Below are positions 60,182-64,000 of a stretch of DNA of 64,000 bases, in pieces; position 1 is the first letter of the stretch; every line of letters starts with the position of its first letter. The notes beneath the pieces are model-generated. The model saw only the letters and a program-made list of their open reading frames with translations. It did not search any database and was not told where the DNA came from. Source of the stretch: Syntrophales bacterium (GTDB lineage: Bacteria; Desulfobacterota; Syntrophia; Syntrophales; PHBD01); assembly GCA_963668175.1 (NCBI GenBank), contig OY764159.1, positions 2,912,001 to 2,976,000 of the forward strand, written 5' to 3'. A program made the position numbers and the translations under genes.

Positions 60182-61096
60182 CTAACCTCCCATCAATATT
60201 TCCAGGATGGCCTTCTGCGCATGCAGACGGTTTTCGGCCTGGTCGACCACGACCGACCGGGGGCCGTCGATGACGTCCTCCGTAATCTCCTCGCCGCGAT
60301 GGGCGGGCAGGCAGTGCATGACGATGGCATCCTTCTTGGCATAATCCAGAAGCGGCGAATTGACCTGATAATTCTTCAGGACTTTGATCCGCTCCGCGTG
60401 TTCGCTTTCCTGTCCCATGCTGGCCCAGACGTCCGTGTAAATAACGTCGGCGCCGCGGACGGCGTCCGCCGGATCGGCAAACAGTTCGACCCCGAGAGGG
60501 GCTTCCTTCATCCCCCGTTTCAGGATGTCCTGATCCGGATGGTAGCCCTCGGGACAGGCGAGCGTCAGTTGAAAAGGCAGGCGGGAAGCGGCGTCGATCC
60601 ATGAATTGGAGACGTTGTTTCCGTCCCCCACGTAGGCTATTTTCAACCCTTCGTAACGCCCCTTCTTTTCAATGATCGTGAATATATCGCTGAGTATTTG
60701 ACATGGATGCAGCAAATCTGTCAAACCATTTATCACGGGAATCGATGCATATTGCGCAAACTCTTCGACCGACTGCTGGGAATACGTCCGGATCATGATG
60801 CCGTTGAGATAGCGGGACATGATCCGCGCCGTGTCGGCGATGGTTTCTCCGCGGTTGATCTGGGTGTCCCGGCTGCTTAAAAAAAGCGCGATGCCCCCAA
60901 GCTGGTACATGCCGACTTCGAAGGAAATCCTCGTGCGCGTCGAGGATTTCTCGAAGATCATCCCCAGGGTTTTGCCCGCAAGAGACGATACGGCCTTGCC
61001 TTCCTTAAGCTGCTTCTTGAGGAAGGCGGTCCTTTCGAAAAGCCGGTCGAATCCGTCCCGGTCGATTCCGTCGAAGCTTAAAAAGTCCTTCTTCAT
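60182..61096 (-). CDS. argF: Ornithine carbamoyltransferase
   Basis: STRT, HPCQ, SMG and HCLP motifs. Start MKKDFL overlaps the argD stop. Confidence 0.96.
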   Translation of the reverse strand: MKKDFLSFDGIDRDGFDRLFERTAFLKKQLKEGKAVSSLAGKTLGMIFEKSSTRTRISFEVGMYQLGGIALFLSSRDTQINRGETIADTARIMSRYLNGIMIRTYSQQSVEEFAQYASIPVINGLTDLLHPCQILSDIFTIIEKKGRYEGLKIAYVGDGNNVSNSWIDAASRLPFQLTLACPEGYHPDQDILKRGMKEAPLGVELFADPADAVRGADVIYTDVWASMGQESEHAERIKVLKNYQVNSPLLDYAKKDAIVMHCLPAHRGEEITEDVIDGPRSVVVDQAENRLHAQKAILEILMGG

Positions 61097-62280
61097 TTCC
61101 CCCCCAAAATAGAATCGAGTACGAAAAGCAGGCGGTCCACCTGGGCCTCGCTGACAATCAGCGGCGGCAGGAAACGAAGGACACGGGGCCCCGCCGATGC
61201 AACGAGAAATCCCTTGTCCAGGCACTTGTTGACGGTGCCCGCCACTTCTTCTTCCATTTCGACGCCGATGATGAGACCTTTGCCCCGGACATCCCTGATT
61301 ATTCCGTATTTTGCCTTCCGTTTCGCAAGCTCCGCCATGAAATAGGCGCCGACCTTCCGGCAGTTGGCCAGGACGCCGTCGGAGAGCATGACGTCCATCG
61401 TGGCGAGGGCGGCCGCCATCGCCAGGGGGTTACCCCCGAAGGTGCAGGCATGGTCTCCCGGCTCGAAGGCCGAGGCGGCCTTGTCCGTCGCAAGCATGGC
61501 CCCTACGGGGAAGCCGTTCGCCATGGACTTTGCCAGGGTCATGATGTCGGGCGCAATGCCGCTCTGTTCGTAGGCAAAGAGCGTCCCCGTGCGGCCCATG
61601 CCGACCTGGACCTCGTCGAAGATGAGAAGAATCCCTTTGCGGTCGCAAAGCTCGCGCACGGCCCGGAGATATCCTTCGTCGGGCACAAAGACGCCGCCTT
61701 CCGCCTGGATCGGCTCCAGGAGGACGCCGCAGGTTTTGTCCGTCACGGCATCTGCCAGGGCCTCGATGTCGTTGAAGGGAACGTATTTAAACCCTTCCGG
61801 CAGCGGGGCGAAGCCTTTCCGGAACTTCTCCTGGCCGGTCGCGGTGATCGTCGCCAGCGTCCTGCCGTGAAAAGAGTTCAGCATGGTGATCAGTTCGTAC
61901 TTCCCTCCCAGCCTCGTGTGGCCGTACTTCCGGGCGAGCTTGATGGCCGCTTCGTTGGCCTCCGCGCCGCTGTTGCAGAAGAAGACCTTGTCGGCGAAGG
62001 AATTTTCCGTAAGGACCCGCGCGTAGCGGATCTGGGCTTCTATATGGTAAAGGTTCGATACGTGCAGCAGCGTCTGCGCCTGTGCGGTTATCGCCTCGGC
62101 GACCCTGGGGTGGCTGTGCCCCAGCCCGCAGACGGCAAGCCCGCCCGCGAAGTCGAGGTATTCCCTGCCGTCGGTGTCCCAGACGCTCATGCCGGCGCCG
62201 CGGGTAAGGACCACGGGAAAACGCTTGTACGTCCCCATGACGTGCTTATCCCCGGCTTCCATCCATTCTTTCATGGCCAT
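61093..62280 (-). CDS. argD: Acetylornithine aminotransferase
   Basis: NSGAEANE, FHGRT, DEVQ.G.GRTG and TFGGNP motifs. Confidence 0.94.
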   Translation of the reverse strand: MAMKEWMEAGDKHVMGTYKRFPVVLTRGAGMSVWDTDGREYLDFAGGLAVCGLGHSHPRVAEAITAQAQTLLHVSNLYHIEAQIRYARVLTENSFADKVFFCNSGAEANEAAIKLARKYGHTRLGGKYELITMLNSFHGRTLATITATGQEKFRKGFAPLPEGFKYVPFNDIEALADAVTDKTCGVLLEPIQAEGGVFVPDEGYLRAVRELCDRKGILLIFDEVQVGMGRTGTLFAYEQSGIAPDIMTLAKSMANGFPVGAMLATDKAASAFEPGDHACTFGGNPLAMAAALATMDVMLSDGVLANCRKVGAYFMAELAKRKAKYGIIRDVRGKGLIIGVEMEEEVAGTVNKCLDKGFLVASAGPRVLRFLPPLIVSEAQVDRLLFVLDSILGGK

Positions 62281-62308
62281 TTTATCTTCCATCCTTACAT
62301 AAATCTTT

Positions 62309-64000
<1,692 letters not shown>

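Overview
GC-rich bacterial chromosome segment. Gene content and order suggest an anaerobic Desulfobacterota/deltaproteobacterium, possibly Syntrophales-like (inferred, not tested). The left third (1-21.7 kb) is accessory and signalling-rich and ends at a tRNA-Leu(TAA). It holds sigma-54-driven small exported proteins, a DJ-1/PfpI enzyme, an Fe-S/CCG protein, an orphan motAB pair with Na+-type residues opposite an ion antiporter, and a divergent pair of histidine kinases with near-identical transmitter domains linked to HD-GYP, HDOD and REC genes. It also has a PstS-like binding protein without a transporter and a lone M15 peptidase. The middle (22-45 kb) has a sigma-54 activator with clear UAS palindromes upstream of an MFS/SDR/3-hydroxyacyl-CoA dehydrogenase module, tandem MtaD-like deaminases, cheV, a DUF4139 protein, class I adenylate cyclase, hrpA, gamma-CA, a VKOR-like protein, a permease and a hybrid kinase. 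The right part is housekeeping: pyrD/pyrK, rimI, mannose-family PTS IIA/IIB/IIC without IID, PMM/PGM, ferritin, pgsA, fsa, folK, dapB, dapA, lysA, argHGFDB and hslU. I saw no CRISPR array, integrase, transposase or rRNA. All calls come from motif recognition by eye; no database searches were run.
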